Source: Candidatus Poribacteria bacterium
Lineage (GTDB): Bacteria; Poribacteria; WGA-4E; PCPOR2b
Length of the DNA: 64,000 nucleotides
NCBI GenBank assembly: GCA_965208325.1
Contig: OZ242326.1
Span: forward strand, 4,192,001 to 4,256,000
Direction of reading: 5' to 3'
Shown: in pieces, positions 1 through 11,029 of the stretch
Layout of the letters: every line of letters begins with the position of its first letter
Position numbering within the stretch: the first letter of the stretch is position 1
Translations under genes and position numbers: made by a program
The notes under the pieces: model-generated
The model's input: only the letters and a program-made list of their open reading frames with translations
What the model was told of the DNA's origin: nothing
Database searches by the model: none

Positions 1-596
1 TGCAACCCTTCTGGATTATCCACGTCATACCACGGCGGCAGCAAATGCAAGCGCGCATTGACGGCTTTAGTTTTTTGAAGTGTCTGGCGGAAAACTATGT
101 CCGTACTCCATGAAATATCCTGAAAGACTTTGGGGATTGCCAACGATGCTCCGTGGGCGGAAAATCCTATCAGGTAGTACCCACCATCCATACTCGGTCC
201 AATAGCCACATCGCAAGAGTCCAACAGCTTGAAAGCGCGCTCTACATACGAGAGCGGCAGCGTTGGACTATCAGAACCCACCAAAAGCAATTTTGAATAA
301 TTTTGACTGGACGCCCATTGAGCAGCGGAGATTAGGCGTTCGCCTAGATTCGATCCAGCCTGTGGGATATAAATTACCTCTAAGCCAATCAAATTTTTCA
401 TAGGAATCAGGCTGTCAGGCGGAGTGTAGGCAATAACAAGCTGAGCGGCAGGAATTCTGTGGAGCATATGGCACCAATCGACAAGAAACGCTCGGTATAA
501 TGATGCTGCTCGTTCTGGCGGTAGGAAGGGAATCAGACGAGTTTTTACTTCGTTGGGAACTGGATTTTTGGCGAAGACAATTATACAATTTGCCAA
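1..596 (-). CDS. TIGR04282/DUF2064 family glycosyltransferase-like protein (3' end runs off the window)
   Basis: Not in the ORF track. Manual minus-strand translation from TTG at 596 gives CIIVFAKNPVPNEVKTRL...LGERL...LVGSDSPTLP...AIGPSMDGGYYLIG...LPPWYDVDNPEGL, which are the family motifs. Confidence 0.85.
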   Translation of the reverse strand, partial: MANCIIVFAKNPVPNEVKTRLIPFLPPERAASLYRAFLVDWCHMLHRIPAAQLVIAYTPPDSLIPMKNLIGLEVIYIPQAGSNLGERLISAAQWASSQNYSKLLLVGSDSPTLPLSYVERAFKLLDSCDVAIGPSMDGGYYLIGFSAHGASLAIPKVFQDISWSTDIVFRQTLQKTKAVNARLHLLPPWYDVDNPEGL

Positions 597-648
597 AATT
601 CGTCTCTACGCGAGATGGTTCAAATGTTAGCGGGTGCAACGAAGAGAA

Positions 649-1569
649 TCAGCCGCCCAAAAAAGAAAAAATGGTTCTCAAAACTATCGCAACGCAGGCT
701 ATGATAACAGCAAGCATGGCGATGCGGCCTCCCTTCAACGCGCCGCCGCGGGCATTAATATGGAATTTTGCCCCGATGCCGGTGACGATGGCGAGCAGAG
801 ACAACCCATACCCGACATTCCATTGGATTTGGAAAGTGACGGCCGACAGAGAAATTAGCGCAAATCCTAGGCTGGCTTTGGCAAAAAAGCTGATTCGGAC
901 TGCAGCCTCCCCGGAACTGCTTGAATCCAATGCTACCGCGGCGTCCGGGTGTTGATTGCGACGGCGAGGGGGAGGCACTTCGCGATAGGTTGATTCGACC
1001 AAACGGATGAACTCAGCCATTAATTTTTGCGCTTTCAGCCACTGAAAAAGTTGGAAATATTCGTGCCGGAGTAGCATTGAGAATTCTTGACGTTGGGCAC
1101 TGAGATCGATAAACTCGCCCCAACGGCTCTCCTCTATTACCCCATAGGGTTCTGGTCCGACTCGCAACTCGTATCCTCTGCCCGGGTAATGAATAATCCT
1201 GCCAATGCCTTCACGTTCCGCAATGGTAACCTCTTCAAAGACGGTTGGTGCGGCTTTTGGCGGCTCGTTCATAGTCGGAGTGTTAAGATGGTTACGTGCG
1301 GGAACCTTCGCTGTTGCACGGTCAGCGTGTTCTTCATTGGCGATTGCCAAGTTGATGTCACTTACAATTTCTAATGCTTCGACTTGATCATCACGAGAAA
1401 CGGAAAGTATAATTTGGCGTTTTCCGTCCGCGTCTCTCTCGCGTGTGGGTCGGCACTGGATGTGTTGATTCTTAAGTGTTGTCTGAACCAAATTGGATTC
1501 CCACTCATCGGTCGTGCGATAGATTTCGATCCAATCGCCGGTACTGAAAAGTGAATCGTCGTGAGGCAC
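649..1569 (-). CDS. Membrane protein with DUF2007-like N-terminal domain and C-terminal TM helices (DUF4190-like)
   Basis: 306-aa ORF with an AGGAG RBS upstream; N-terminal WIEIYRTTDEWESNLVQTTLKNQHI pattern; hydrophobic C-terminus with LLAIVTG...GGRIA. Confidence 0.6.
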   Translation of the reverse strand: MPHDDSLFSTGDWIEIYRTTDEWESNLVQTTLKNQHIQCRPTRERDADGKRQIILSVSRDDQVEALEIVSDINLAIANEEHADRATAKVPARNHLNTPTMNEPPKAAPTVFEEVTIAEREGIGRIIHYPGRGYELRVGPEPYGVIEESRWGEFIDLSAQRQEFSMLLRHEYFQLFQWLKAQKLMAEFIRLVESTYREVPPPRRRNQHPDAAVALDSSSSGEAAVRISFFAKASLGFALISLSAVTFQIQWNVGYGLSLLAIVTGIGAKFHINARGGALKGGRIAMLAVIIACVAIVLRTIFSFLGG

Positions 1570-1979
1570 GCATTCTCCTTTGCCGATTGCGGTTTGGCCA
1601 GCCGCTCCCGGTTTTAAACCTGCTAGATTTATCTCGCCGCAAAATCGAACCCAATTCTGATTTTATCACGATTCAAAATAGTTGTCAACGGGCGCAATCC
1701 ATCTTTCAATACGGCGCGTTAAGGCTTCCCAACAGGTCTTTGTGGAAACCGTTGCAGTGCGGAAATCGTAATTATTCTTGCATTCACAGGGAAAATAGTG
1801 TATACTGTGCGTGCTAACTGTTGAATGGTTAAACTTAGCATTGTAAGTAAGTAAGTAGTATGAGGGGCAAAACTGAAGCATCTTCCCCAGATTCGCTGTC
1901 TTTTTGTACCTCTATGCTTCTTCAGCTTCATGCGACATTTGCAGTATAGAATCTTACAGAAGAAAGGAGGTGCAACACG

Positions 1980-2180
1980 ATGGCAAGAGGTCAAGTCAAA
2001 TGGTTCAATGACCAAAAAGGTTATGGATTCATAACCACTGATGAGGGGGAAGATGTGTTCGTGCATTATTCCGCCATTGAAGGATCCGGTTTCAAGTCTC
2101 TCCAAGAGGGGCAAGAGGTCGAGTTCAAAATTGTAAGCGGCCCCAAGGGCTTTCAGGCAGAAGAAGTGATGAAGGTTTAA
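1980..2180 (+). CDS. cspA: Cold-shock protein (CSD family)
   Basis: 66 aa with [13 protein letters not shown] and [12 protein letters not shown] motifs; AAGGAGG RBS. Confidence 0.95.
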   Translation: MARGQVKWFNDQKGYGFITTDEGEDVFVHYSAIEGSGFKSLQEGQEVEFKIVSGPKGFQAEEVMKV

Positions 2181-2235
2181 GGCTGTAATGGCTCAAAAAC
2201 CTGTTTCACGTTAATCCAGATTTTTTAATTTACCG

Positions 2236-2268
2236 AAAGGCTCCCAAGTTTTTGGGAGCCTTTTTTTT
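2236..2268 (+). terminator. Rho-independent terminator after csp gene
   Basis: Stem AAAGGCTCCCAA / TTGGGAGCCTTT followed by a T run. Confidence 0.85.
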
Positions 2269-2426
2269 GGCTGACGGTAGGGCGAGCGTAGGAATCAACC
2301 GCTTTTTTAGTCGTGCATTCTATAGGGATTTGCTATAATGCGCCGGAAGCGGTGTTAGTTTGCACGTTGAAAAGTATCATGAATTTTGTCGGTAGAAGCA
2401 GTAATTGAAGGGTTCTGACTGTACAG

Positions 2427-3440
2427 ATGGTCAAGATTGATAACATAGAATTAGGCGATTTTCCGATTCTGTTGGCACCCATGGAAGATGTCAGCGATCC
2501 GCCTTTTCGGAAGGTTTGCCACGATAACGGGGCGGACCTGATGTTTACGGAGTTCATCTCTTCGGAGGGACTTATCAGGAACGCTGCCAAGAGCGTATCG
2601 AAGCTAGATATCTTCGAGTATGAGCGCCCTATCGGCATTCAGATTTTCGGCAGCGAAATTTCATCAATGCGAGAGGCAGTTGGAATTGCCGAGAAGGCCG
2701 ATCCCGATCTGATTGACATCAACTACGGCTGCCCCGTGAAAAAGGTTGCGTGTAAAGGGGCGGGTGCCGGGATTTTACTGGATCTTCCGAAGATGATAAA
2801 AATGACGGACGAGATTGTAAAGTCCACGGCAGTCCCGGTAACGGTCAAAACCCGGCTCGGTTGGGACGAAAAGACGAAATTCATTGTGGATGTCGCAGAG
2901 AGATTACAGGATGTAGGGATTCAGGCGATTACTGTTCACGGCAGAACGCGGGTGCAGATGTACAAAGGTGACGCCGACTGGACTTTGATAGGGGAAATAA
3001 ATAATAACCCTCGCATGAAAATTCCTGTTTTTGGAAACGGCGATGTTGACAGCCCCAAAAAGGCGTTTGAATTGCGCCAAACGTACGGCGTGGATGGCAT
3101 GATGATTGGGCGGGCTGCGATTGGTTATCCGTGGATTTTCAACGAAATAAAACACTATCTTTCCACGGGGCAATTACTGCCGCCGCCGACTCTGAAAGAG
3201 AGCCTACACGTCATGGAACAGCATCTGAACCTCTCCATAAAATGGAAAGGGATGCGGTTGGGCATACTAGAGATGAGACGGCATTATAAGAACTATCTCA
3301 AGGGCATACCGAACATGAAACCTTACCGCTCAAAGCTAGTGACGAGCGATAGTTATGGAGAAATTATCCAAGTTATAGACGATTTACAAGAACGTACTAG
3401 ATTGACCGGATACGATCATATCGAACAACATGGAGGATAA
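2427..3440 (+). CDS. dusB: tRNA-dihydrouridine synthase DusB
   Basis: LAPMEDVSD, DINYGCPVKKV, VTVKTRLG, TVHGRT, GNGDV and MIGRAA motifs. Confidence 0.93.
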   Translation: MVKIDNIELGDFPILLAPMEDVSDPPFRKVCHDNGADLMFTEFISSEGLIRNAAKSVSKLDIFEYERPIGIQIFGSEISSMREAVGIAEKADPDLIDINYGCPVKKVACKGAGAGILLDLPKMIKMTDEIVKSTAVPVTVKTRLGWDEKTKFIVDVAERLQDVGIQAITVHGRTRVQMYKGDADWTLIGEINNNPRMKIPVFGNGDVDSPKKAFELRQTYGVDGMMIGRAAIGYPWIFNEIKHYLSTGQLLPPPTLKESLHVMEQHLNLSIKWKGMRLGILEMRRHYKNYLKGIPNMKPYRSKLVTSDSYGEIIQVIDDLQERTRLTGYDHIEQHGG

Positions 3441-3444
3441 GATT

Positions 3445-4197
3445 ATGAAAATCAGGCCAAACCGGGTGAAGCAGAAACTTGCAGCGGGGGAACTCTCGTA
3501 CACAATCAGCGGCATCACCCACGCGGACGACATTGACGCATTCGGCCCGAACGGATTTGACGGTGTGTGGCTGGAAGCCGAGCACGGGGCGGTGGACGCT
3601 GCGGATCTCGGCAACCTCACCCGCGCTTGCGACATTTGGAATATGACTTCGGTGGTTCGTGTCAACCGCAACGACCAGGCACTCATTTACCGTACACTTG
3701 ACCGCGGCGCGCAGGGCATCGTCGTCCCGCACGTGAATACCAAGGAAGAAGCCCAGAACGTCGTTGACGGCGGCAAGTTCGCGCCGATGGGGCACCGCGG
3801 CATGTTCACAAGCCGCCAGGGTTACGCAGTGCCCGATTATTACGATGTTGCGAACGATGAGACACTGCTAATCGTACTGATTGAGGACATTGTTGCTATC
3901 GGGAATCTTGATGAAATTCTAAGTGTGGACGGCATAGACGTGTTCATGGTCGCCCCGACAGATTTGGCGGCTTCGATGGGGCATCTGGCGAACATTCAGC
4001 ACCCGGAAGTTCAAGCCACAATTGATGACGCACTTGCGCGCATTCAGGCGGCGGGACGGGTAGCCGGCACGCTTGTCAATAACCAAAACGTCGCGAAATA
4101 CGTTCAGGCGGGGGTGAGATTCTTATTGACGCAAGTTAAACCGTGGCTTTCTGCTGGGGCAACCGAATTCATTGCCAACGCCCAGAACGCGAGGTGA
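3445..4197 (+). CDS. HpcH/HpaI aldolase/citrate lyase family protein
   Basis: GFDGVWLEAEHG, VVRV, LDRGAQGIVVPHV, LIED and APTDLAASMG motifs; GGAGG RBS overlaps the end of dusB. Confidence 0.9.
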   Translation: MKIRPNRVKQKLAAGELSYTISGITHADDIDAFGPNGFDGVWLEAEHGAVDAADLGNLTRACDIWNMTSVVRVNRNDQALIYRTLDRGAQGIVVPHVNTKEEAQNVVDGGKFAPMGHRGMFTSRQGYAVPDYYDVANDETLLIVLIEDIVAIGNLDEILSVDGIDVFMVAPTDLAASMGHLANIQHPEVQATIDDALARIQAAGRVAGTLVNNQNVAKYVQAGVRFLLTQVKPWLSAGATEFIANAQNAR

Positions 4198-4282
4198 CTC
4201 TGGTGAGCATTCGCCGATATTGAGCGAGGAGCAGAACAGTCCAGTTAACGGTTGCAGTTGGGGGAGTCCATTTTTCAGAATC

Positions 4283-5470
4283 TTACACGACACCTTGACG
4301 TTTTAACCGGTCGACATCATCAGGCGCCATTCCCAACAAACCGGTTAGAATCTCGCCAGTATGCTCACCGAGATTGGGCGCGGGCGCATCGACACTGCCG
4401 GGGGTTTCCGATAGCTTAATCGGAACACCCGGAATTCCGACGGCGCCCGTCATTTGGTGTTCGACTTCGACAATCATCTCCCTCGCTCGGACTTGCGGAT
4501 CGCTGGCTACCTTGTCCACTGTGTTGACGGGGCCGCACGGCACACCAATTTCCTCGAGCGCTGTCACCCACTGCTCGGTTGAACGTTGGCGCATAATCTC
4601 CGCAAGGATTGGGAACAGTTCTTCATGGTTCTCGGTGCGCAGCGCGTTCGTGCTGAACCTACTGTCGTCGATTAGCTCAGGCTGCTTGACATGCTCGCAA
4701 AACTTCTTCCACAACACGTTGTTTCCCATGGCTATGACCACATAACCGTCCGCGGATTCAAACGCCTCAAACGGCGTTATTGTTGGATGGCGCCTACCCA
4801 ACGGCTGCGGCACCTCGCCAGTCGAGAGGTACCGCACCATGGCGTTTTCCAAGATTGCCACTTGGCAATCCAACATCGCGACATCAATGAACTGCCCCTC
4901 TCCTGTCTTGTCGCGGTGCCGCAGCGCCGAGAGGATTCCGATCGCCGTAAACAGTGCGGCAGTGATGTCGCTAATCGACGTGCCGACGCGAACGGGCGGA
5001 CGATTCGGTTCGCCGGTGATACTAATCATGCCGCCCATCCCTTGAATTATCATGTCGTACGCACCGCGGCCGGCATAGGGTCCGGTCTGCCCAAATCCCG
5101 AACAGGCTGCGTAGAGCAAGGGTGGGTGGTGCGTCTTTAGCGTTTCGTAGTCCAAGCCGAGTTTTTTCATTGCCCCCGGACGAAAATTTTCAAGGAGTAC
5201 GTCCGACTTCTTGACCAACTCCACGAGGATGTCCTTGCCAGGCTGGGATTTGAGGTTCAGTGTCAAGCTTTTCTTGCCCCGGTTTATGCTCATAAAATAC
5301 AAACTGAAGTCGTTTTTGAATGGACCGATGCCTCTGGCTTCATCTCCGACACCGGGTTGCTCAATTTTTATGACTTCGGCGCCGAGATCGCGCAAGATCA
5401 TGGCTGCATAGGGTCCCGCTAAAATCCGGGTGAGATCCAAGACTCGTATCCCCTTTAATGGGCCTTGCAT
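4283..5470 (-). CDS. Family III CoA-transferase (CaiB/BaiF)
   Basis: PLKGIRVLDLTRILAGPY, GAEVIKIE, NRGKKS, ENFRPG and GAYD motifs. Confidence 0.95.
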   Translation of the reverse strand: MQGPLKGIRVLDLTRILAGPYAAMILRDLGAEVIKIEQPGVGDEARGIGPFKNDFSLYFMSINRGKKSLTLNLKSQPGKDILVELVKKSDVLLENFRPGAMKKLGLDYETLKTHHPPLLYAACSGFGQTGPYAGRGAYDMIIQGMGGMISITGEPNRPPVRVGTSISDITAALFTAIGILSALRHRDKTGEGQFIDVAMLDCQVAILENAMVRYLSTGEVPQPLGRRHPTITPFEAFESADGYVVIAMGNNVLWKKFCEHVKQPELIDDSRFSTNALRTENHEELFPILAEIMRQRSTEQWVTALEEIGVPCGPVNTVDKVASDPQVRAREMIVEVEHQMTGAVGIPGVPIKLSETPGSVDAPAPNLGEHTGEILTGLLGMAPDDVDRLKRQGVV

Positions 5471-5658
5471 GAGTTTTCCTTTCTGTCCATTGTGCTTCCT
5501 ATTTTAACACGATTTACGTATCGAATTGTATTGAAAACCGATACGGCGGTTTCATGAGAGCGACGGCAAATTTTTGTTGATTTTCTACCAAACACCTGTA
5601 CAATATAGCGTGTGAAAATTCAGATAACCAGACGACGCGAACATTGGAGGCAGCGATT

Positions 5659-6444
5659 ATGCGACACAACAAATTGCGCGAATTACTGAACACGGGCCAA
5701 CCGAGCGTTAGCACGCACGTGCACAGCACTTGGCCGAGTGTTGTTGAAGCCATCGGGCATACAGGCATGTACGACTACGTCGAATTCGTTGCGGAATATG
5801 CGCCGTTCGACCTGTACGCGCTCGACAACTTCTGCCGCGCAGTTGAACTATTTGACATGTCCGCCATGATTAAGATTGATCAGGAACCTCGAAACTTTCT
5901 GGCGCAACGCGCCATCGGATCCGGCTTCCAGAGTGTTTTGTTTGCGGATGTCCGGACGGTCGAGGATGCACACGAGTGTGTTCGAGCGGTACGCCCCGAA
6001 ACGCCTGAAGCCGGCGGCTATCACGGAGTTGCGACGCGGCGCGCCACATATATGGGATATGGAGGCACAAAAGACTATGTAAACGCACTAAATGACGTTG
6101 TAATTGCGTTTATGATAGAAAAAAAGCCTACAATAGATGCCCTACCGGACATCCTGTCGGTGGATGGGGTAGACATGCTCCAGTGGGGCGGGGCGGACTT
6201 TTCTATGAGTATTGGACGCCCCGGAGAGCGGTACAAAGCGGACATCAGATCCATCGAACGGACGGTAATAGAAACAGGCCTGAAGATGAACGTTCCGCCG
6301 CGAGCGGAAATTGACAGCGTGGACGACGCAAAGTATTACCTAGATTTAGGCGTGCGCCACTTTTCCATTGGTACGGACATTATGGTGCTGCACAAGTGGA
6401 TGAAGGAAAACGGGGAGGCGCTGCGTAAAGAGATTTTGGGGTAG
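5659..6444 (+). CDS. HpcH/HpaI aldolase family protein
   Basis: YDYVEFVAEY, FMIEK and WGGADFSMSIG motifs; GGAGG RBS before ATG 5659. Confidence 0.85.
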   Translation: MRHNKLRELLNTGQPSVSTHVHSTWPSVVEAIGHTGMYDYVEFVAEYAPFDLYALDNFCRAVELFDMSAMIKIDQEPRNFLAQRAIGSGFQSVLFADVRTVEDAHECVRAVRPETPEAGGYHGVATRRATYMGYGGTKDYVNALNDVVIAFMIEKKPTIDALPDILSVDGVDMLQWGGADFSMSIGRPGERYKADIRSIERTVIETGLKMNVPPRAEIDSVDDAKYYLDLGVRHFSIGTDIMVLHKWMKENGEALRKEILG

Positions 6445-6642
6445 GCAGCGTTGGAACGGTTTTTGCGTTGAAAAACATTAACATCATGGGCAAAATAGGG
6501 GATGGGGGTTATAAAGTGCGGTGTGGATGCAATACGATTTTGCAGAATATGACAGCACGCGGAGTGTGCCGTCATGGGCGGCGAGACGCCGCGCCTACTG
6601 CGGAGGCGCGGTGAGATGGCACGCGTACGGGGGATGGAAAAT

Positions 6643-7938
6643 ATGACGAATCGCGCGATGAGAATTTTTGTGTTGGCGGTGATAAACACCGTGTTGTTCG
6701 GACACGCCGTTGCCGACGACTGGCCGCAGTGGCGAGGCGTTAACCGCGACGGCGTATGGCTGGAAACCGGCATTGTCGAGAAATTCGACGAACTTTCGAT
6801 TCGGTGGCGGACAGAGATTGGCGCTGGATACAGTGGTCCCACTGTCGCCGAGGGACGCGTGTACGTGACCGACCGCATCACGAAACCGCAGCAGATGGAG
6901 CGCGTCCACTGTTTCGATTGGGAAACCGGAAACGAGATCTGGACTTATGCTTACGTCTGCGAATACCGAAACGTCGGTTACACCGCAGGGCCGCGCGCCA
7001 ACGTGACTGTGCACGAGGGTCTGGTGTACGCACTGGGCGCCATGGGGCATCTGCACTGCTTTAACGCGGCGGACGGCGATATCGTGTGGAAAAGAGACCT
7101 CAACACCGAATACAACATCCGCATGCCGACATGGGGGATTGCTAGCGCGCCGATTATCGATAAGGATTTAATCATCGTCCAGATCGGCGGGTCTTCCGGC
7201 GCATGCCTCGTTGCCTTCGACCGCAAAAACGGCGAGGAGCGGTGGACAGCGCTTGATGACCGCGCCTCCTACGCCGCACCTATTTTAATCAGTCAGGCAG
7301 GCGAGCGGGTGCTGGTCTGTTGGACGGGCGACAACCTTGCCGGACTTAACCCGCAAACCGGGGAACTACATTGGAAACACCCGTTTGCACCGGACAAAGG
7401 GGTTATATCCATTGCGACACCGGTATTTCACGACGGACGTCTCTTCGTCTCCAACTTTTTCGAAGGATCGCTCATGCTCAGGGTTCACCCCGACCGATTG
7501 GCGGTTGAGAAGATTTGGCGGCGAAAAGGCGTTGATGAGAAAAATACCGACAGCCTACACGCCATCATGTCGACGCCGCTTCTGATCGGCGACTACATTT
7601 ACGGCGTTGACAGCTACGGCGAACTGCGATGCCTTGAAGCCGACACGGGCGACCGAATCTGGGAAGATGTCACCGCGGTTCCTAGAGCGCGCTGGGGTAC
7701 GATTCACTGTGTACGCAACGGCGATAGGGTCTGGATGTTCAACGAACGCGGCGAGTTGCTTGTCACCACGCTGTCTCCGGAGGGGCTTAACATCATCAGC
7801 CGCGCCAAACTCATTGAGCCGACCCGCGGCCAACTCAACAGCCGCGGCGGCGTTTGCTGGTCGCATCCCGCCTACGCCTACAAACATGTTTTTGCCCGCA
7901 ATGACGAGGAACTGGTGTGCGCGGGGTTGGCGAAGTAG
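6643..7938 (+). CDS. Secreted PQQ-like beta-propeller repeat protein (BamB-like)
   Basis: Signal peptide followed by DWPQWRG, GYSGP, repeated DxxTGxxxW motifs and WSHPA. Start moved downstream because 6553-6598 is a repeat module. Confidence 0.85.
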   Translation: MTNRAMRIFVLAVINTVLFGHAVADDWPQWRGVNRDGVWLETGIVEKFDELSIRWRTEIGAGYSGPTVAEGRVYVTDRITKPQQMERVHCFDWETGNEIWTYAYVCEYRNVGYTAGPRANVTVHEGLVYALGAMGHLHCFNAADGDIVWKRDLNTEYNIRMPTWGIASAPIIDKDLIIVQIGGSSGACLVAFDRKNGEERWTALDDRASYAAPILISQAGERVLVCWTGDNLAGLNPQTGELHWKHPFAPDKGVISIATPVFHDGRLFVSNFFEGSLMLRVHPDRLAVEKIWRRKGVDEKNTDSLHAIMSTPLLIGDYIYGVDSYGELRCLEADTGDRIWEDVTAVPRARWGTIHCVRNGDRVWMFNERGELLVTTLSPEGLNIISRAKLIEPTRGQLNSRGGVCWSHPAYAYKHVFARNDEELVCAGLAK

Positions 7939-8142
7939 CTGGACGTTGGATGAACGTAGTCGCCGTGCCGTGCGCGCCGCCATGCCCAACCTCTCACTCC
8001 AATTCGCACTCATCCCTCAACCCACGATGCGGACAGACGTTTCGGCGAGACAAATTGCATTGGGATATGCGAAATATTTAGCATGATAAACTTGATAGTT
8101 CTGTGTTCGATACTGGTATCGAGCCAACGCGAGGTTATTCCG

Positions 8143-9588
8143 ATGACCAACGATTCCAATCAGGCGCATCTAAAGCGGCAGCAGATGGCTGGCGACCCGT
8201 ACCGCCCGCTATACCACTTCCTACCGCCGGCGAACTGGATGAACGACCCGAACGGCGCAATCTATTGGAAAGGGAAATACCATCTGTTCTATCAATACAA
8301 CCCAAACGGCGCATTCCACGGCACTATTCACTGGGGGCACACGGTGAGCGAGGATTTGGTGCATTGGACGGATTTGCCAATCGCACTGTCGCCGACGCCG
8401 GGCGGCGCTGACCGGGAGGGTTGCTATAGCGGCGGCGCCGTCGTTAATGACGGCGTTCCGACGCTAATTTACTTCGGCAATCCTGACGGCAATTGCATTG
8501 CTACCAGTACGGACGATCTGCTCACGTGGCAAAAACCGCCCGAAAATCCGGTTATCCCGCAGTCGGCGCCCGGCGCGGAGTGGCGGGCGTTTGATCCGTG
8601 CGCGTGGCGGGAAGGCGACACCTGGTACTCGCTCGCCGGCGGGCGGCTCGACGACATTGGGGACACGGCGTTCCTATTCCGGTCGCCGGACATGATAAAT
8701 TGGGAATACCTGCACCCATTTTACGCCAGCGAATTGGACAAGGAACCCGAATCGGATTGTGCAGTCCCCGATTTCTTTCCCCTCGGCGGCAAGCACATGC
8801 TGCTGTTCGCCAGCCACGAGCGCGGCGTGCAGTATTACATCGGCGCATACGCCGATCAGAAGTTTTACCCTGAGCGCCACGGCAGGCTGAATTTCGGCGA
8901 ATTCGGCGGCAACAGCGGGCACTTGTGCGCAAGCATCACGTTGAAAGACGGCGGGGGCCGCCGCATCTTCTTCGGCTGGGTTTCAGAGGGCCGCAGCGAA
9001 GCGGTGCAGCGCGCCTCCGGTTGGGCGGGGGTGATGTGTATCCCGCGTGTGTTGTCGCTGTTTGACGACGATACGCTGCGCATCGAACCGGTGCCGGAAA
9101 TAGAGAAGCTGCGCGGCAATCATCGCCGGACAACCGGCCTCCGCGTCAGCGGCGGCAGTTCGGTGCGGCTTGAGGGTATTTCAGGGGATTGCCTTGAACT
9201 CGACGTTGAGCTTGATCCGGGTGGCGCCGAGGCAATCGGCGTCAAGGTGCGCTGCGCACCCGACGGCGGCGAACAGACGATAATCGCTTATGACCGTAAA
9301 GAGAAACGCCTCATTTTGGATGCGGCGCAGTCGAGCGTAAATCCTGACGCGGTTAACCGCGGCGCGCAGCGCGCGCCGTTTGCGTTGGATGCGGGCGAAC
9401 TGCTGCAGTTGCGTATCTTCGTAGACCGTTCTATTGTTGAGGTTTTCGCCAACAAGCGGGTGTGCCTCACGAAACGAATTTATCCGTCGGGGCAGGACAG
9501 CGTTGGGGTGGAAGTTTTCGCTTTGGGCGGGGAGGCGGCCGTAAAGTCGGTGGACGCTTGGCAGATGGCGGCGATTTGGCCGGAGTGA
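8143..9588 (+). CDS. Glycoside hydrolase family 32 (beta-fructofuranosidase-like)
   Basis: WMNDPNG, HLFYQYNP, WGH, YSG, FDP and DCAVPD motifs, plus the C-terminal DRSIVEVF beta-sandwich. Confidence 0.93.
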   Translation: MTNDSNQAHLKRQQMAGDPYRPLYHFLPPANWMNDPNGAIYWKGKYHLFYQYNPNGAFHGTIHWGHTVSEDLVHWTDLPIALSPTPGGADREGCYSGGAVVNDGVPTLIYFGNPDGNCIATSTDDLLTWQKPPENPVIPQSAPGAEWRAFDPCAWREGDTWYSLAGGRLDDIGDTAFLFRSPDMINWEYLHPFYASELDKEPESDCAVPDFFPLGGKHMLLFASHERGVQYYIGAYADQKFYPERHGRLNFGEFGGNSGHLCASITLKDGGGRRIFFGWVSEGRSEAVQRASGWAGVMCIPRVLSLFDDDTLRIEPVPEIEKLRGNHRRTTGLRVSGGSSVRLEGISGDCLELDVELDPGGAEAIGVKVRCAPDGGEQTIIAYDRKEKRLILDAAQSSVNPDAVNRGAQRAPFALDAGELLQLRIFVDRSIVEVFANKRVCLTKRIYPSGQDSVGVEVFALGGEAAVKSVDAWQMAAIWPE

Positions 9589-9599
9589 GTCGGGTGAAA

Positions 9600-10960
9600 G
9601 GAATGGAAGGGATTGCGATTTTCGATACTGTCTGAACTGTGATTTTTGTGATTAAATGATGGGCTGTGATTAAGGGAGCGTAAGAGGATTTGGGAGTTGA
9701 TGGGGTTGCGGGAGGTTACAAAAGCGTTGGGTTTCGCTCGATTCATCGGGATTCGTGCGCGTTTAGATTGACGGGTGTGGTTGGTTTTGATGGGCGGTTA
9801 TTGGGTGAATCCGCTCTACCCAACCTACAAAAACTTTGCGGACGGCATACGGAGTATGCCTGCTACTTTATCGCGGCTGGAAGCCGCTCCCACAGGGGTT
9901 CTTGTGATTAAATGATGGGATGTGATTAAGGGAGCGTATAAGGATTTGGGAGTTGATGGGGTTGCGGAAGGTTACAAAAGCGTTGGGTTTCGCGCGATTC
10001 ATCGGGATTTGTGCGCGTTTAGATTGACGGGTGTGGTTGGTTTTGATGGACGGTTATTGGGTGAATCCGCTCTACCCAACCTACAAAAACTTTGCGGACG
10101 GCATACGGAGTATGCCTGCTACTTTATCGCGGCTGGAAGCCGCTCCCACAGGGGGAGGGTCGCGATTCGGAGATGACTCGTACAGGGGTGGGAGTATTTG
10201 TAGAAGGGACTTCCGAATCCCGACGCAAGCCGACCTACAGGAGTTGTCTGAACTGTGATTCGTGTGATTAAATGATGGGCTGTGATTAAGGGAGCGTATA
10301 AGGATTTGGGAGTTGATGGGGTTGCGGGAGGTTACAAAAGCGTTGGGTTTCGCTCGATTCATCGGGATTTGTGCGCGTTTAGATTGACGGGTGTGGTTGG
10401 TTTTGATGGACGGTTATTGGGTGAATCCGCTCTACCCAACCTACAAAAACTTTGCGGACGGCATACGGAGTATGCCTGCTACTTTATCGCGGCTGGAAGC
10501 CGCTCCCACAGGAGGAGGGTCGCGATTTGGAGATGGCTCGTACAGGGGTGGGAGTATTTGTAGAAGGGACGTCCGAATCCCGACGCAAGCCGACCTACAG
10601 GAGTTGTCTGAACTGTGATTCGTGTGATTAAATGATGGGCTGTGATTAAGGGAGCGTATAAGGATTTGGGAGTTGATGGGGTTGCGGAAGGTTACAAAAG
10701 CGTTGGGTTTCGCTACATTTATTGGATTTTGTGTGCAGTGAGGTAGACATGGTGGTTCGCTAAAATGAGCGGTTATTGGGTGAATCCGCTCTACCCAACC
10801 TACAAAAACTTTGCGGACGGCATACGGAGTATGCCTGCTACTTTATCGGGAGGGTCGCGAATCGGAGATCGCTCCTACAGGATACAGTGTTGGGTTAAAG
10901 AAACGGAGTTTTGAAGAAAAAACTCCGTTTCAATGAAAAAAACTCCGTTTCAAGGAGACG
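9600..10960. repeat. Modular REP-like repeat cluster with a 360-bp tandem unit
   Basis: GTTGGGTTTCGC arms at about 9727, 9982, 10342 and 10702 (spacings 255/360/360), with GCGGACGGCATACGGAGTATGCCTGCTAC and ATCGCGGCTGGAAGCCGCTCCCAC modules. Confidence 0.95.
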
Positions 10961-10992
10961 CGCCGTTTCGTGTAAGGTCACGGTTCTTTTCC

Positions 10993-11021
10993 TTGCCGTG
11001 GGGCGGGTATTGTGCTATAAT
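10993..11021 (+). promoter_or_regulatory. Sigma70-type promoter for smpB
   Basis: TTGCCG-17 nt-TATAAT with TGn extended -10. Confidence 0.65.
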
Positions 11022-11029
11022 TTAAGCGG

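Noticed and set aside
9480..10618. Short ORFs such as MNRAKPNAF..., MIKGAYKDLG... (similar ones at 17439-18943, 20380-21205, 55461-56647, 58567-58999, 60267-60810)
   Set aside because: They are translations of non-coding repeat modules, appear in several frames and lack RBSs.
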